A stretch of 64,000 bases of DNA from a virus. Under the pieces are notes generated by a model. That model searched no databases, was not told the origin of the DNA, and saw only the letters and a program-made list of their open reading frames with translations. Position 1 is the stretch's first letter. Each line of letters begins with the position of its first letter. Position numbers and translations under genes: made by a program. Location: positions 96,001 to 160,000 of the IMG/VR virus record IMGVR_UViG_3300017991_000003; one strand, given 5' to 3'. Positions 19,561-28,366 of this stretch are shown here, one piece after another.

Positions 19561-20151
19561 ATGGATAGTGGCCACGGGACTGATCACGGATCTGGTCGTG
19601 GACGGCACGCTGCGGATGAGCCGCCGGAGCGCGTAAGTAAGGCGAGGAGGCTGAGTTACCGCGAACGACGTAAGCGCGGGCTGTCGCTGGCTGAGAGCTG
19701 GCTCACGGAGGATCGACCGGTGGAGCAGATGAACGACGAGGGTGCCAAGTACGGCGAGGCCAAGATCCGCACCTACCACCCATCCGGCCGGGTCACGGAC
19801 AAGAAGCATGTTCAACACCGCACCAAGCAGGGGAAGAACCCGGCGGGGCTCCAGCACAAGGAGACGGGTAGCACACCTGGCGGCCCTAAATGCAACGGCG
19901 GTAACCCCATGGTGAAGCGAGGGATGTCGGTGGCGGATGTGCGTCGAGTGGTTGAGGAGCCGCGCCTCGAGGGGATGGGGGAGAAGCTGGCTGAAGAGTT
20001 GGCTCCTGCGATTGATCCTGCGACCCGTATCCCGGGTGAGGACCCGAAGAAGCGGCTAAAGCGTCAGGCAGTTGCTTACGCCCATGAGGGGCTCCAGGCG
20101 CGGCGCAAGCTCGAGGCTCACTATCAGAATCGAGCGTTGAGGAATGGCTGA
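19561..20151 (+). CDS. hypothetical basic protein
   Basis: ATG 19561 with AAGGGG upstream; ORF track gives alternative GTG start at 19489. Confidence 0.4.
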   Translation: MDSGHGTDHGSGRGRHAADEPPERVSKARRLSYRERRKRGLSLAESWLTEDRPVEQMNDEGAKYGEAKIRTYHPSGRVTDKKHVQHRTKQGKNPAGLQHKETGSTPGGPKCNGGNPMVKRGMSVADVRRVVEEPRLEGMGEKLAEELAPAIDPATRIPGEDPKKRLKRQAVAYAHEGLQARRKLEAHYQNRALRNG

Positions 20152-20350
20152 GCGACAGTCTCGAGCGGTAGGTCGGCGACAGCGGCACGGCATCCCGGTC
20201 TCTGTCCCTCTCCCTAAGTTCTTGAAGCCAGCCAACTTGCGTCGAATCTCAGAGCGCAAACAAGAGAGCCCGGGTCGGACGTGGCCAGAGCTGATCCGCG
20301 AGGAGATCCTCAAGAGCGCCAAGAGCAAGAAGGCAGCCCGCCCGAACTAA
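20144..20350 (+). CDS. small basic protein (68 aa)
   Basis: ORF track; ATG overlapping upstream stop. Confidence 0.35.
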   Translation: MAERQSRAVGRRQRHGIPVSVPLPKFLKPANLRRISERKQESPGRTWPELIREEILKSAKSKKAARPN

Positions 20351-20429
20351 AAAACAGCTAGACCCCGAGGGAGGGGCCTAGCTGCGGGCAAGGAGGCCCG
20401 AAGGCCCCTCCTGCCCCACCATCACCTGG

Positions 20430-20918
20430 TCACGCGAGCTGCTCGGTCGGGATGACCCGGCCGTTCTGGCTCGCGCGGTGAGCGCGTCGGACCACTTCGG
20501 GGTCCTGGTGGGGGTGGTGGTCGTCGACGGTTCCGACGACCGGGAAGGTCTGCCGCTTGCGCGGCACGGCGATCCTGACGAGGCTGAAACCTTCCTTGCG
20601 GCAGTTCTTCTGCCACGTCCGTGCCTTCTGATCGATGAGCATGTCGCCGAGATCGTCGACGGTGATGGTCATGCGCAGCAGCCAGGGCGCGGCCTTGGCC
20701 AGCTGATCCAGGTCGAGGAGGAGAACGACCGGCATCTGGTCGCCCTTGAACCAGACCTCGTAGGCCTGGTACGCCTTCTGGCTGTCCCCGACCGTGATGA
20801 GGTCGTTGGGGTTCAGGGGGATTGCCGCGAAGATGCGGTCGGCCTGGCAGGCGAACTTTACGGCGTGCCCGCCGCGGAGTTCGAAGGCCCGGAACAGCCG
20901 GGGTTTGTAGTTAGCCAT
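20430..20918 (-). CDS. hypothetical protein (162 aa)
   Basis: ORF track; ATG 20918; promoter-like motif 40 bp upstream. Confidence 0.5.
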   Translation of the reverse strand: MANYKPRLFRAFELRGGHAVKFACQADRIFAAIPLNPNDLITVGDSQKAYQAYEVWFKGDQMPVVLLLDLDQLAKAAPWLLRMTITVDDLGDMLIDQKARTWQKNCRKEGFSLVRIAVPRKRQTFPVVGTVDDHHPHQDPEVVRRAHRASQNGRVIPTEQLA

Positions 20919-20957
20919 GGGTGGTGTGATGGTGGTGGGGTGAAACGGATCGTCACC

Positions 20958-20968
20958 CTACTTATGCC
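20958..20968 (-). promoter_or_regulatory. promoter-like motif copy (CTACTTATGCC)
   Basis: 40 bp upstream of ATG 20918. Confidence 0.5.
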
Positions 20969-20970
20969 AC

Positions 20971-21642
20971 CTACCCCTCCTCTTCTGGCCGGTCAGGGTC
21001 CACGACCCGGTCAGGGTCCAGACCCTCGACCTTGATGACCTCGGCAGCCGACAACCACTCCACACTGTCCACCGGGACGGCATAGGTGCCTACGGATTGA
21101 TAGTGCTTCTCGCTTAGCATCGTCATCAAGCCGAGGTACTCCGTAGAGTCGCGCAGGCGCAGCATGACTTGCGTGTGGTGCGCGGGGCAGATCACGTGGT
21201 AGACGAGGGTCTCGTGATCATCCAGCTCTTGCTGAGCCCTGTGCCACGTTTCTGGCTCAGGCTTCAGAGCTCGGCCGATAATCCCGCGGCTGATCATGGA
21301 GGCACCTTCTTGATCCGCAGCCTGGGCGCGGTGTAGGGCCTCAGGGATGGGGGGTGCCTCGTCGACGGCGCCGGCGATCATCACGATCGGCTTGTCCCCG
21401 AGCATCTGAACCATGCCCAGCGAGATGTCTATGTCAGGATCTCGGCCCAATAGCCTCTCGGTGATCCGCAAGATCTGATTGGGGTCGATCTTGACGCCTA
21501 CCTCGATACGCAGCGTTCGCCCCTCGTACCCCTCCTTGAGGATGGCGAAGGGCATGGAGCTGTCGATCAGGTAGTTCAGGACAATCTGAACCAGCTCGTG
21601 ATCGTTTCGAGCCAGGTGGATGGTGTTAGCCATGTCGGTCAT
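20971..21642 (-). CDS. hypothetical protein (223 aa)
   Basis: internal ATG 21642 in ATGA overlap with upstream gene. Confidence 0.5.
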   Translation of the reverse strand: MTDMANTIHLARNDHELVQIVLNYLIDSSMPFAILKEGYEGRTLRIEVGVKIDPNQILRITERLLGRDPDIDISLGMVQMLGDKPIVMIAGAVDEAPPIPEALHRAQAADQEGASMISRGIIGRALKPEPETWHRAQQELDDHETLVYHVICPAHHTQVMLRLRDSTEYLGLMTMLSEKHYQSVGTYAVPVDSVEWLSAAEVIKVEGLDPDRVVDPDRPEEEG

Positions 21643-21935
21643 CAGGCGCCCTCCGGAGAGCAGTAGATTACCCACTGGGTCCCTTTGGGGAGACCCGGGA
21701 TCTCGGTGTAGGACAGGCCCCCGCCGACCAGGGCGAACAGCTGATCGAGCTCGTTGCCGAAGACGGAATGCTCAGGCACCTCGAGGCCGTATGTGTCACT
21801 GTACGTGACTTCGAGGGCGGTGATGTGCTGCATCTGGCCATTGATGGTGAGCCACATCCCGTCCTTAGGGAGCGCTCGGCCGGGGTGATCGGGGTCGAGC
21901 TCCCAGTCTGGGAGCAGGTTGACGATGTTCGTCAT
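21642..21935 (-). CDS. hypothetical protein (97 aa)
   Basis: internal ATG 21935 (MTNIVNLL); promoter-like motif 34 bp upstream. Confidence 0.45.
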   Translation of the reverse strand: MTNIVNLLPDWELDPDHPGRALPKDGMWLTINGQMQHITALEVTYSDTYGLEVPEHSVFGNELDQLFALVGGGLSYTEIPGLPKGTQWVIYCSPEGA

Positions 21936-21968
21936 GGTGGTTGTAGGGGGTAAAGGGGGCGCGTCACT

Positions 21969-21979
21969 GGACTTATGAC
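21969..21979 (-). promoter_or_regulatory. promoter-like motif copy (GGACTTATGAC)
   Basis: 34 bp upstream of ATG 21935. Confidence 0.5.
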
Positions 21980-21981
21980 CC

Positions 21982-23907
21982 ATGCGTCCGCGCGCTTGGC
22001 TTACACTTTTGGACGTGGCTACGATCAAGAACACCCCGCAGAGCGAGCTCATCGAGAGCCAGACCTGTCCCTCGGCTCTCCAGGAGCTTGTGGACCTAGT
22101 AGATACCCAGCTGGAGACCGTCCTAGGGCCGCTGGGGTTCGATCTAGAGATCATCTACGCGGAGATCAAGGGCAAGCAGGCGGGGGATCTCTGGGACGCG
22201 GTGGTGACGGGCCCTCTCGAGGCGGCAGGCTCGGCGGTGGAGGAGGCGTTCGGATACGACCCGACGTCCATCTCAGCTAGTAAGGCGGAGATCGAGAACG
22301 CGCTCACGGCCATCGTGGATCCGAACAACATCCTGGCGGCCCTCACCCCAATCAAGGAACTAGGCGGGGCGCTCCTGTCTACGGACAAGCTGGTAGAGGG
22401 GGATCTGAGCCCTACGGGGCTGATCAACCAGATCCTGGACCCGACCAAGGAGAAGCAGCTCGACGGTCTTACCGAGTGCAATGAGAACGTGGTCACGGCC
22501 ACGGCGGCAACGATCACTCAGGTTGTAGCCGGTGCGGCTAACGAGGTGCTCAAGAAGGTGGGGGCAGCTCAGTCGATCCTCAGCATGGGTATGTCGCAGC
22601 TGGAGAACTTCGGCGAAGGCCTCTTCCTGCTCGCGGGAGACGCGCTGAACACGGTTCACAACGCTGAGATCATTCTTATCGACCAGATCCTCGACGTCCT
22701 CGTTGAGATGCGAGCGCTGGTGGAGGAGATGGGGAACGAGCCCTTCGGTTTCAACCACTCCAAGGTGGTGCAGGCGGCTCAGACCAACCTGCTCCAGGCG
22801 GACTCCCTCCTGTCGGCGGTCCAGGCAAAGATCGAGACTCGAGCGGGGTTTGACGGCACCTCCTACGACGCGGCTCGATCGATCATCCAGTACGTAGAGG
22901 AGCTCTTGTGCGAGGCGTCAGATGAGTTCGATCTCGGCTTTAGCTCGAAGCCGTATCGACTCCTGTCCCTGGTCTTGACCCTCGAGGCCTACCAGGCTCT
23001 CTGGTATGCCCGGGCTCAGAAAGGGGAGAGCAGCGCGGAGGGGTTGATCAGCTTCCCTGGCAGCCTGCTGAGCCAGCTCCAGACGGATAACTTCTTCTCC
23101 CCGATCATCGCTCTGGTTCGTTGCCAGTTGAACAAGGTGATCCAGGACATGGCGGATACGGACATCCGCGGCGAGCTCCTGCTCTACATCACCAAGGAGA
23201 AGAAGTGGTGCCTCGAGCTCAAGGTCCTGAACGAGACGATGAAAGCCTCGCGCAGCCTTCTTGAGGCGGGAGATGAGGCAGCCGAGTTCTCGGATCTGAT
23301 CCTGGAGGGTGTGGAGACCTACGAGGATACCAAGAAGCTGGTTACAGCTACCGCAGCCGAAGCGCAGGAAAGCATCACAGATGTCCTCACCTACGCACGA
23401 CTCAAGGTCCAGAACCAGTTGACCCCCACTAACCGAGTGACCTCTCGAATCGACGAGGCGGTATCCATCCTCACGCTTCGACGCTCTCAGATCCAGGCGC
23501 AGAGCCAGGCGCTCCTCAGCCTGCTCGGCTTGGGTAACACTGATTTCCTGCAAGGGCTGGCCTACGCCAAGCAGTTCGCAGAGTTCCTATCAGGCAAAGG
23601 CCTGGACGCCATGCTAGGGAGCCTACTTGACGGGGACTTCGACGGTGTCTTCGGGGCTGACGCCTTGACAGCCTCGATAGGCGGCAAGGTAGAGGCCTAC
23701 GCCACCAAGGTCCTCGGCTGTCTAGACACCCAGGACCCAAGCGCGACTGACAAGCTATACACAGTAGCAAAGCAGGCCAACGACGATCTTCGGGCCCAGG
23801 ACGTGCTCGTCAATCTCATCGACGGCTCTGCTTCGCTGTTTGCTCAGGGGGCGCTACTTGAGGCGCAAGAGCGCAGCGTCGACCTGAGCACGATCGAGCT
23901 AAGCTGA
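21982..23907 (+). CDS. large hypothetical protein (641 aa), L/A/E/Q-rich, probably alpha-helical
   Basis: ORF track; ATG 21982; palindromic element overlaps its stop. Confidence 0.6.
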   Translation: MRPRAWLTLLDVATIKNTPQSELIESQTCPSALQELVDLVDTQLETVLGPLGFDLEIIYAEIKGKQAGDLWDAVVTGPLEAAGSAVEEAFGYDPTSISASKAEIENALTAIVDPNNILAALTPIKELGGALLSTDKLVEGDLSPTGLINQILDPTKEKQLDGLTECNENVVTATAATITQVVAGAANEVLKKVGAAQSILSMGMSQLENFGEGLFLLAGDALNTVHNAEIILIDQILDVLVEMRALVEEMGNEPFGFNHSKVVQAAQTNLLQADSLLSAVQAKIETRAGFDGTSYDAARSIIQYVEELLCEASDEFDLGFSSKPYRLLSLVLTLEAYQALWYARAQKGESSAEGLISFPGSLLSQLQTDNFFSPIIALVRCQLNKVIQDMADTDIRGELLLYITKEKKWCLELKVLNETMKASRSLLEAGDEAAEFSDLILEGVETYEDTKKLVTATAAEAQESITDVLTYARLKVQNQLTPTNRVTSRIDEAVSILTLRRSQIQAQSQALLSLLGLGNTDFLQGLAYAKQFAEFLSGKGLDAMLGSLLDGDFDGVFGADALTASIGGKVEAYATKVLGCLDTQDPSATDKLYTVAKQANDDLRAQDVLVNLIDGSASLFAQGALLEAQERSVDLSTIELS

Positions 23908-23926
23908 CACTGGGAGGGAGTGTCAG
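23904..23926. repeat. palindromic element copy 2 (CTGACACT-GGGAGGG-AGTGTCAG)
   Basis: overlaps stop codons of the convergent genes 21982-23907 and thyX. Confidence 0.8.
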
Positions 23927-24780
23927 TAAGGCTGCGTCTGCATGCCTGTGATCTCCAGAAGTCCGTCGACCTCTTCGGTCTGAGCATCGAACAAGAGGCC
24001 CGGGCACTGCTCCATCAGGATCTCGTAGACCTGGTTGAAGATCAGGCGGATTTCCCATTCGGCATGCCGGGAGGTGCGCATCATCAGCATGTGCCGCAGG
24101 GAGCGGACGTTAGCGGACCACCCCAGCTCGTTGGCTTGCCCGTTGGGAAGGACGCGTCGCAGGGCCGAGGTGACCTTCTTCTTGGTAGCGAAGTCCCGGA
24201 TCGGCTCGTCCGGTAGGGCTGATGGGTCTCCCCAGCTGCGGCGCGCTTCCTCGAGCTCGTCATCGGAGCAGACGCCCAAGCGGAGCCGCATCGCGTCGTA
24301 GTGGTCTGTGATGGCGTTGATGACTAGCTCTACTTCATCCATGACCGGAGCCAGGATAGGGTCGACGACGACGTCCAGCTGATCCGTGCGGACGTACCGA
24401 CCACTGGTTTGACTGAAGGCCGTGCCGGCGCGATGCCGAACCATCTCGTGGGTGAAGACGCGGGAGCAGTTCGTGGTTACGAAGTTGAAGGACACATGCT
24501 CGAAGACGCTGCCGTGTCCGTGCTCCAGGGTGGCTCGCACGTTGTCGGCGATGTCACGCGTGCGGCTGATGTTCTCGTTCTTGCCTGGGGTCAGGGCGCT
24601 GTAGCAGAGCTTGGCGTAGAAGCTCGAGATGATCTCCAGATCAGACAGCCCCTGCTGCCTCGCCTTGGCGATGTCAGCCAAGAAGGAGGATTGGTTCGTG
24701 GCTCGGAGATACCCGCTGACAGCGTGGAGGTCCAGCTGGGTGCATCCGATGAGGTGTGTGGTGGGTTCGACGATGGTCAT
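23923..24780 (-). CDS. thyX: flavin-dependent thymidylate synthase ThyX
   Basis: ThyX signature R-H-R-x7-S in HEMVRHRAGTAFSQTSGRY; internal ATG 24780 (MTIVEPT) preferred over ORF-track 24864. Confidence 0.8.
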   Translation of the reverse strand: MTIVEPTTHLIGCTQLDLHAVSGYLRATNQSSFLADIAKARQQGLSDLEIISSFYAKLCYSALTPGKNENISRTRDIADNVRATLEHGHGSVFEHVSFNFVTTNCSRVFTHEMVRHRAGTAFSQTSGRYVRTDQLDVVVDPILAPVMDEVELVINAITDHYDAMRLRLGVCSDDELEEARRSWGDPSALPDEPIRDFATKKKVTSALRRVLPNGQANELGWSANVRSLRHMLMMRTSRHAEWEIRLIFNQVYEILMEQCPGLLFDAQTEEVDGLLEITGMQTQPY

Positions 24781-24896
24781 AGGTGTAGGGGGCTGCGGGG
24801 TTGAGGCTCCAGTAAAGCAGATGGGACCGGCTTCTGCCTTGTTCTTGTCTCTTTTTCTTGACAAGCAGGCACACGCGCAAGAGACTGAGTCAGATC

Positions 24897-24908
24897 GGTC
24901 ATGAGTCC
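24897..24908 (+). promoter_or_regulatory. promoter-like motif copy in plus orientation (GGTCATGAGTCC)
   Basis: same core CATGAGTCC on the coding strand, about 95 bp upstream of exonuclease ATG 25001. Confidence 0.4.
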
Positions 24909-25000
24909 TATGAGGCCACCGGTGTTGATCACATCCCTAGGCCACACCCGAACTAGGTGAGAGCCGGCTCCTGCCGGCCCTTCTGTTTTTGGAACCAAGC

Positions 25001-25792
25001 ATGAAACGACCCTTCGCTCCCTTTGACATCGAGACCGCCAAGGTCCTTCCAGAGGATGTCGAGGACATCCGAGAGCATCGCCCGCTGGGAGTCTCCTGCG
25101 CCGTCCTCGTGGTCGGTGATTCGGTCCCTCTTCGTTTCTTCAACCCCGACGATCTCGCGTGGACCCAGGAGCATGCGCAGATGTTCCTGACCACGCTCGA
25201 GCAACACATCGAGGACGGCATCCGCGTGGCTAGCTGGAATGGTCTTGGCTTTGACCTTGACATCCTGGCCGAGGAGGCTGGGGAAGGGGAGTGGCGCGAG
25301 AAGGCCCGCAAGATCGCACTCAACCACTACGACTTGATGTTCCAGGTCATGTGCACCAAGGGCTATCCGGTTAGCCTCCAGAACTCCTGCAAGGGCTTCG
25401 GCCTCGAGGGTAAGCTGGCATCGGTCGGCGGCGCCAAGGCCCCCGCCATGTGGGCGGAGGGGCATAGGCAGGAGGTCCTGGACTACTGTGCTCAAGACGT
25501 GAAGGCGACCCTCGAGGTCTTCGAGTCTGTGGAGTATGCAAGCGAGTTCCGGTGGATCTCTAAGAAAGGGCGCCCGAACTCGTTCGACTGTCCGGAGCTC
25601 CTGACGGTTTCGCAGTGCTTGGAGCTCCCGGAGCCGAACACGAGCTGGATGGACAACCCTATCCCGCGGACGGCTTTCACCCACTGGCTGTACGAGGATG
25701 TCGAGCGTCCGATGCAGCAACCTGTCACGAAGCCCGCAGACCCCACTCCAACAGGGTTTGGTGAGCTGGACTTCATTCAACCCAGGCAGTAA
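25001..25792 (+). CDS. DnaQ-like 3'-5' exonuclease
   Basis: FDIET (Exo I D-x-E) and YCAQDV motifs; ATG 25001 (ORF-track start 24989 is TTG). Confidence 0.55.
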   Translation: MKRPFAPFDIETAKVLPEDVEDIREHRPLGVSCAVLVVGDSVPLRFFNPDDLAWTQEHAQMFLTTLEQHIEDGIRVASWNGLGFDLDILAEEAGEGEWREKARKIALNHYDLMFQVMCTKGYPVSLQNSCKGFGLEGKLASVGGAKAPAMWAEGHRQEVLDYCAQDVKATLEVFESVEYASEFRWISKKGRPNSFDCPELLTVSQCLELPEPNTSWMDNPIPRTAFTHWLYEDVERPMQQPVTKPADPTPTGFGELDFIQPRQ

Positions 25793-25794
25793 TC

Positions 25795-26106
25795 ATGGCC
25801 ACACACTTCTGCGTCCTTCAAGACGCTATTCGACCTCTGAGTTCCGAAGAGGACGCGACCCTCCTGGCGTTCCTTCAATGGTGCCGAGAGAGCGAGACCC
25901 GCGCTGCGTGGGTAGATGCCTCTGCTTACGTGCTCGAGGGCACGCATTCCGTCATCATTGATGCAGGACTTCTGCGGGGTAACCTGGAGTCTGCGTACTC
26001 ACTCAACCAAGGAGAGCTTCCCTGCCCGGACGCTGTTCGAGACGTCCTCCCCATCCTGGCCAAGCTCTGTGATCAGGATACTCCCCTCGTCTGGCTCAGT
26101 TGGTAA
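25795..26106 (+). CDS. hypothetical protein (103 aa)
   Basis: ORF track; ATG 25795. Confidence 0.45.
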   Translation: MATHFCVLQDAIRPLSSEEDATLLAFLQWCRESETRAAWVDASAYVLEGTHSVIIDAGLLRGNLESAYSLNQGELPCPDAVRDVLPILAKLCDQDTPLVWLSW

Positions 26107-26109
26107 CCC

Positions 26110-26343
26110 ATGCAAGACAAAACTCACATCGTCGTGATGACTGTTACGAGCGGCCGACCCTCCGATGAGGTGGCCAAGCAGGTCCGGCAGCAGTTGGCTC
26201 ACGCAGACTGCCCGTTCACGACCACGCGCGTGCAGGCGGCAGAGCTACCGGAGCACGCGCAGATCACGCAAGTAACGGTGGGGGCCAAGACGCACCCCGA
26301 GTCCCTGATCTTTCCCATCGAGCTGGTCTCGAGCAATGACTGA
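26110..26343 (+). CDS. hypothetical protein (77 aa)
   Basis: ORF track. Confidence 0.4.
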   Translation: MQDKTHIVVMTVTSGRPSDEVAKQVRQQLAHADCPFTTTRVQAAELPEHAQITQVTVGAKTHPESLIFPIELVSSND

Positions 26344-26869
26344 GCATCTATCCCTCACGCCTAGGGTCAAAGGCGCGCATGCCTTCGCAACCGCGGCCCA
26401 CATGGGCCAAGAGCGCTTCACCGGTGAGAACTACATCACCCACCCTGAGGCCGTGGCCGAGATCGTCTATCAGGCCTTTGGCCACGAGGCGATGATCGAG
26501 TCGCTCCTCATCCTCGCGCTGCTTCACGACGTCTTGGAGGATCAAGGGGAGCACATCTTTCTCGAGGAGCTCCAGGTCGTCGACGGGTTCAGCTACAAGC
26601 TGGTCCTTGAGAAGGATGTGGGGATGATCAAGCTGGCATCCGAGGTCTTGCTCCGTCGTGATGAGATGGGCGCCCTCTGGGCTCTAACTAAGGGATCGAA
26701 AGAGCCGTACGACCAGTATGTCGATCGGTGCCTAGGTAACGCGCTGGCTCGCAAAATCAAGTGGGCCGACACGACGCACAACCGGAGCACGTTGCCCGAG
26801 GGGCACAGCCTCTTCGCGCGCTACAACAAGACCCTGGCCCGTCTAGACGAGGTGCTGTCCGATGAATAG
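26336..26869 (+). CDS. HD-domain hydrolase, SpoT/Mesh1-like (putative (p)ppGpp alarmone hydrolase)
   Basis: N-terminal AHMGQERFTGENYITHPEAVAEIV followed by LALLHDVLEDQ (HD motif in RelA/SpoT hydrolase context). Confidence 0.6.
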   Translation: MTEHLSLTPRVKGAHAFATAAHMGQERFTGENYITHPEAVAEIVYQAFGHEAMIESLLILALLHDVLEDQGEHIFLEELQVVDGFSYKLVLEKDVGMIKLASEVLLRRDEMGALWALTKGSKEPYDQYVDRCLGNALARKIKWADTTHNRSTLPEGHSLFARYNKTLARLDEVLSDE

Positions 26870-27098
26870 CCACCCGTACCTAGAGCGGTGCCCGTGCTGC
26901 GGGGATGCGCCGTTCGATCCGTTCATGTACGGGTCAGTGTTCCTCGATGGCTGGCAGCGTGTCTGGGAGGGCATCAAAGCCTTCCTCGGGCGCCGCCCCC
27001 CGCGGTACATGACCCTCATCTGCTGGAAGTGCAAACACATCGTCGCCCACGTAGGGATCGACGGCGGCATGAACATGGAGAAGAAGCATGGCTCGTAG
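26862..27098 (+). CDS. small zinc-ribbon protein (78 aa)
   Basis: CPCC...CWKC cysteine pairs. Confidence 0.45.
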   Translation: MNSHPYLERCPCCGDAPFDPFMYGSVFLDGWQRVWEGIKAFLGRRPPRYMTLICWKCKHIVAHVGIDGGMNMEKKHGS

Positions 27099-27621
27099 CT
27101 GGACGCAGTTCGAGCAGCAGGTAGCTAGCCCCCCGTACGCGCTGTCCGAGGAGGCAGCGAAGGACTGGGTTACTCACGCTGAAGCCGGGAACATCGAACT
27201 CTGGGTCAACAACCTCTACCTGGTACTGATCTACCGAGGCGACATCGTCCCGTGCGACGACGCCCTTCGCCCGCGTAACCCGGTGTGGTTGAGCATCCGG
27301 CGTGTGGAGCGCGGGAAGCTACCTCGAGACTGGCGTGACCTCCAGAGGATCAAGAATGAGATCCTGGGTACGCAGTACGAGCTGGTTGAGCTCTTCCCTG
27401 CTGAGGAGCGGCTCGTGGACGAGGCGGATCAGACGCACCTCTGGGGCTTCGAGTCTGTCGGCGCGCGCTTCCCGTTCGGCTACACCGAGCGGGTCATCGG
27501 TACCCCTGAGCAGGCTGAGTCTCTTGGTGGAACCCTACGTGAGTTTGAGTACAAGCCTGGCGAGTGGCATCACCCGCCGGCTCGCGAGCGTCGTGAGGCG
27601 CAGGAGGGCTCTGATGCCTGA
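27088..27621 (+). CDS. hypothetical protein (177 aa)
   Basis: ORF track; GGAG upstream of ATG. Confidence 0.5.
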   Translation: MARSWTQFEQQVASPPYALSEEAAKDWVTHAEAGNIELWVNNLYLVLIYRGDIVPCDDALRPRNPVWLSIRRVERGKLPRDWRDLQRIKNEILGTQYELVELFPAEERLVDEADQTHLWGFESVGARFPFGYTERVIGTPEQAESLGGTLREFEYKPGEWHHPPARERREAQEGSDA

Positions 27622-27805
27622 GTATCGTGTGTATGCCCTTGTGCGCGGTTCTAAGTACCTCGGCACGGTCGAGGCTGACAGCAAGGAAGAGGCCGAGAAG
27701 GTCGCATGGAATGAGCTCGATCACTTCGTGGGGCTATGCCATCAATGCTCCAAAGAGATTGATGATCCTGAGGTCGATGAGCTCGACATCCTGGAGAACG
27801 AATGA
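27614..27805 (+). CDS. hypothetical protein (63 aa)
   Basis: internal ATG 27614 overlapping upstream stop; contains CHQC. Confidence 0.4.
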   Translation: MPEYRVYALVRGSKYLGTVEADSKEEAEKVAWNELDHFVGLCHQCSKEIDDPEVDELDILENE

Positions 27806-27823
27806 GTAAGAAGACGAGCGCTG

Positions 27824-28084
27824 ATGAGTGACGCAACCAAGCAGAGGAGTCTGGATCGAGAACTGTGTGGCGTTCCACGCTACGAGCTGTGGCTGGAGTA
27901 CCCTGAGAGCGATTCATGGAGGTGCCTTGATCTGCGGCAAGAGCATCGCTTCAGCAGCAAGAAGAAAGCCTTCCAAGACGCTAAGTACTACACCCAATGG
28001 CATCCAGATCGTGGACGTGCCTGCGTGTTCGATCGTAAGACAGGACATGTCATAGCGGTTTTCTACCCGGAGCAAGGCAAATGA
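27824..28084 (+). CDS. hypothetical protein (86 aa)
   Basis: ORF track; preceded by a 9-codon mini-ORF that duplicates the start of the next gene. Confidence 0.4.
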   Translation: MSDATKQRSLDRELCGVPRYELWLEYPESDSWRCLDLRQEHRFSSKKKAFQDAKYYTQWHPDRGRACVFDRKTGHVIAVFYPEQGK

Positions 28085-28332
28085 GTAAGAAGATGAGCTC
28101 GGCTGTGGCCGAGGCTTTGAACATCAAGCGGGCTCATCGAGCCATCACTGCGCTCGCCGCGTACAAGCAAACGCAGCTCGGCGAGTCTGGTCCTGTGTGT
28201 CGGGATACCCTTGTTGACCTGTTGGTTGATCTGCGGCACGCGCTGGACGTCGTGGATCTAGGCATCACGCTCGAAGAGGCTCTTCGGATCTCCGAGGACC
28301 ACTACACCATCGAATCCGCCGAGGCCGAGTAG
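28081..28332 (+). CDS. hypothetical protein (83 aa)
   Basis: ORF track; GGAG upstream. Confidence 0.45.
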   Translation: MSKKMSSAVAEALNIKRAHRAITALAAYKQTQLGESGPVCRDTLVDLLVDLRHALDVVDLGITLEEALRISEDHYTIESAEAE

Positions 28333-28366
28333 CCTCACAACCCTGGGACCTAGGTCCCTTTTAGCC

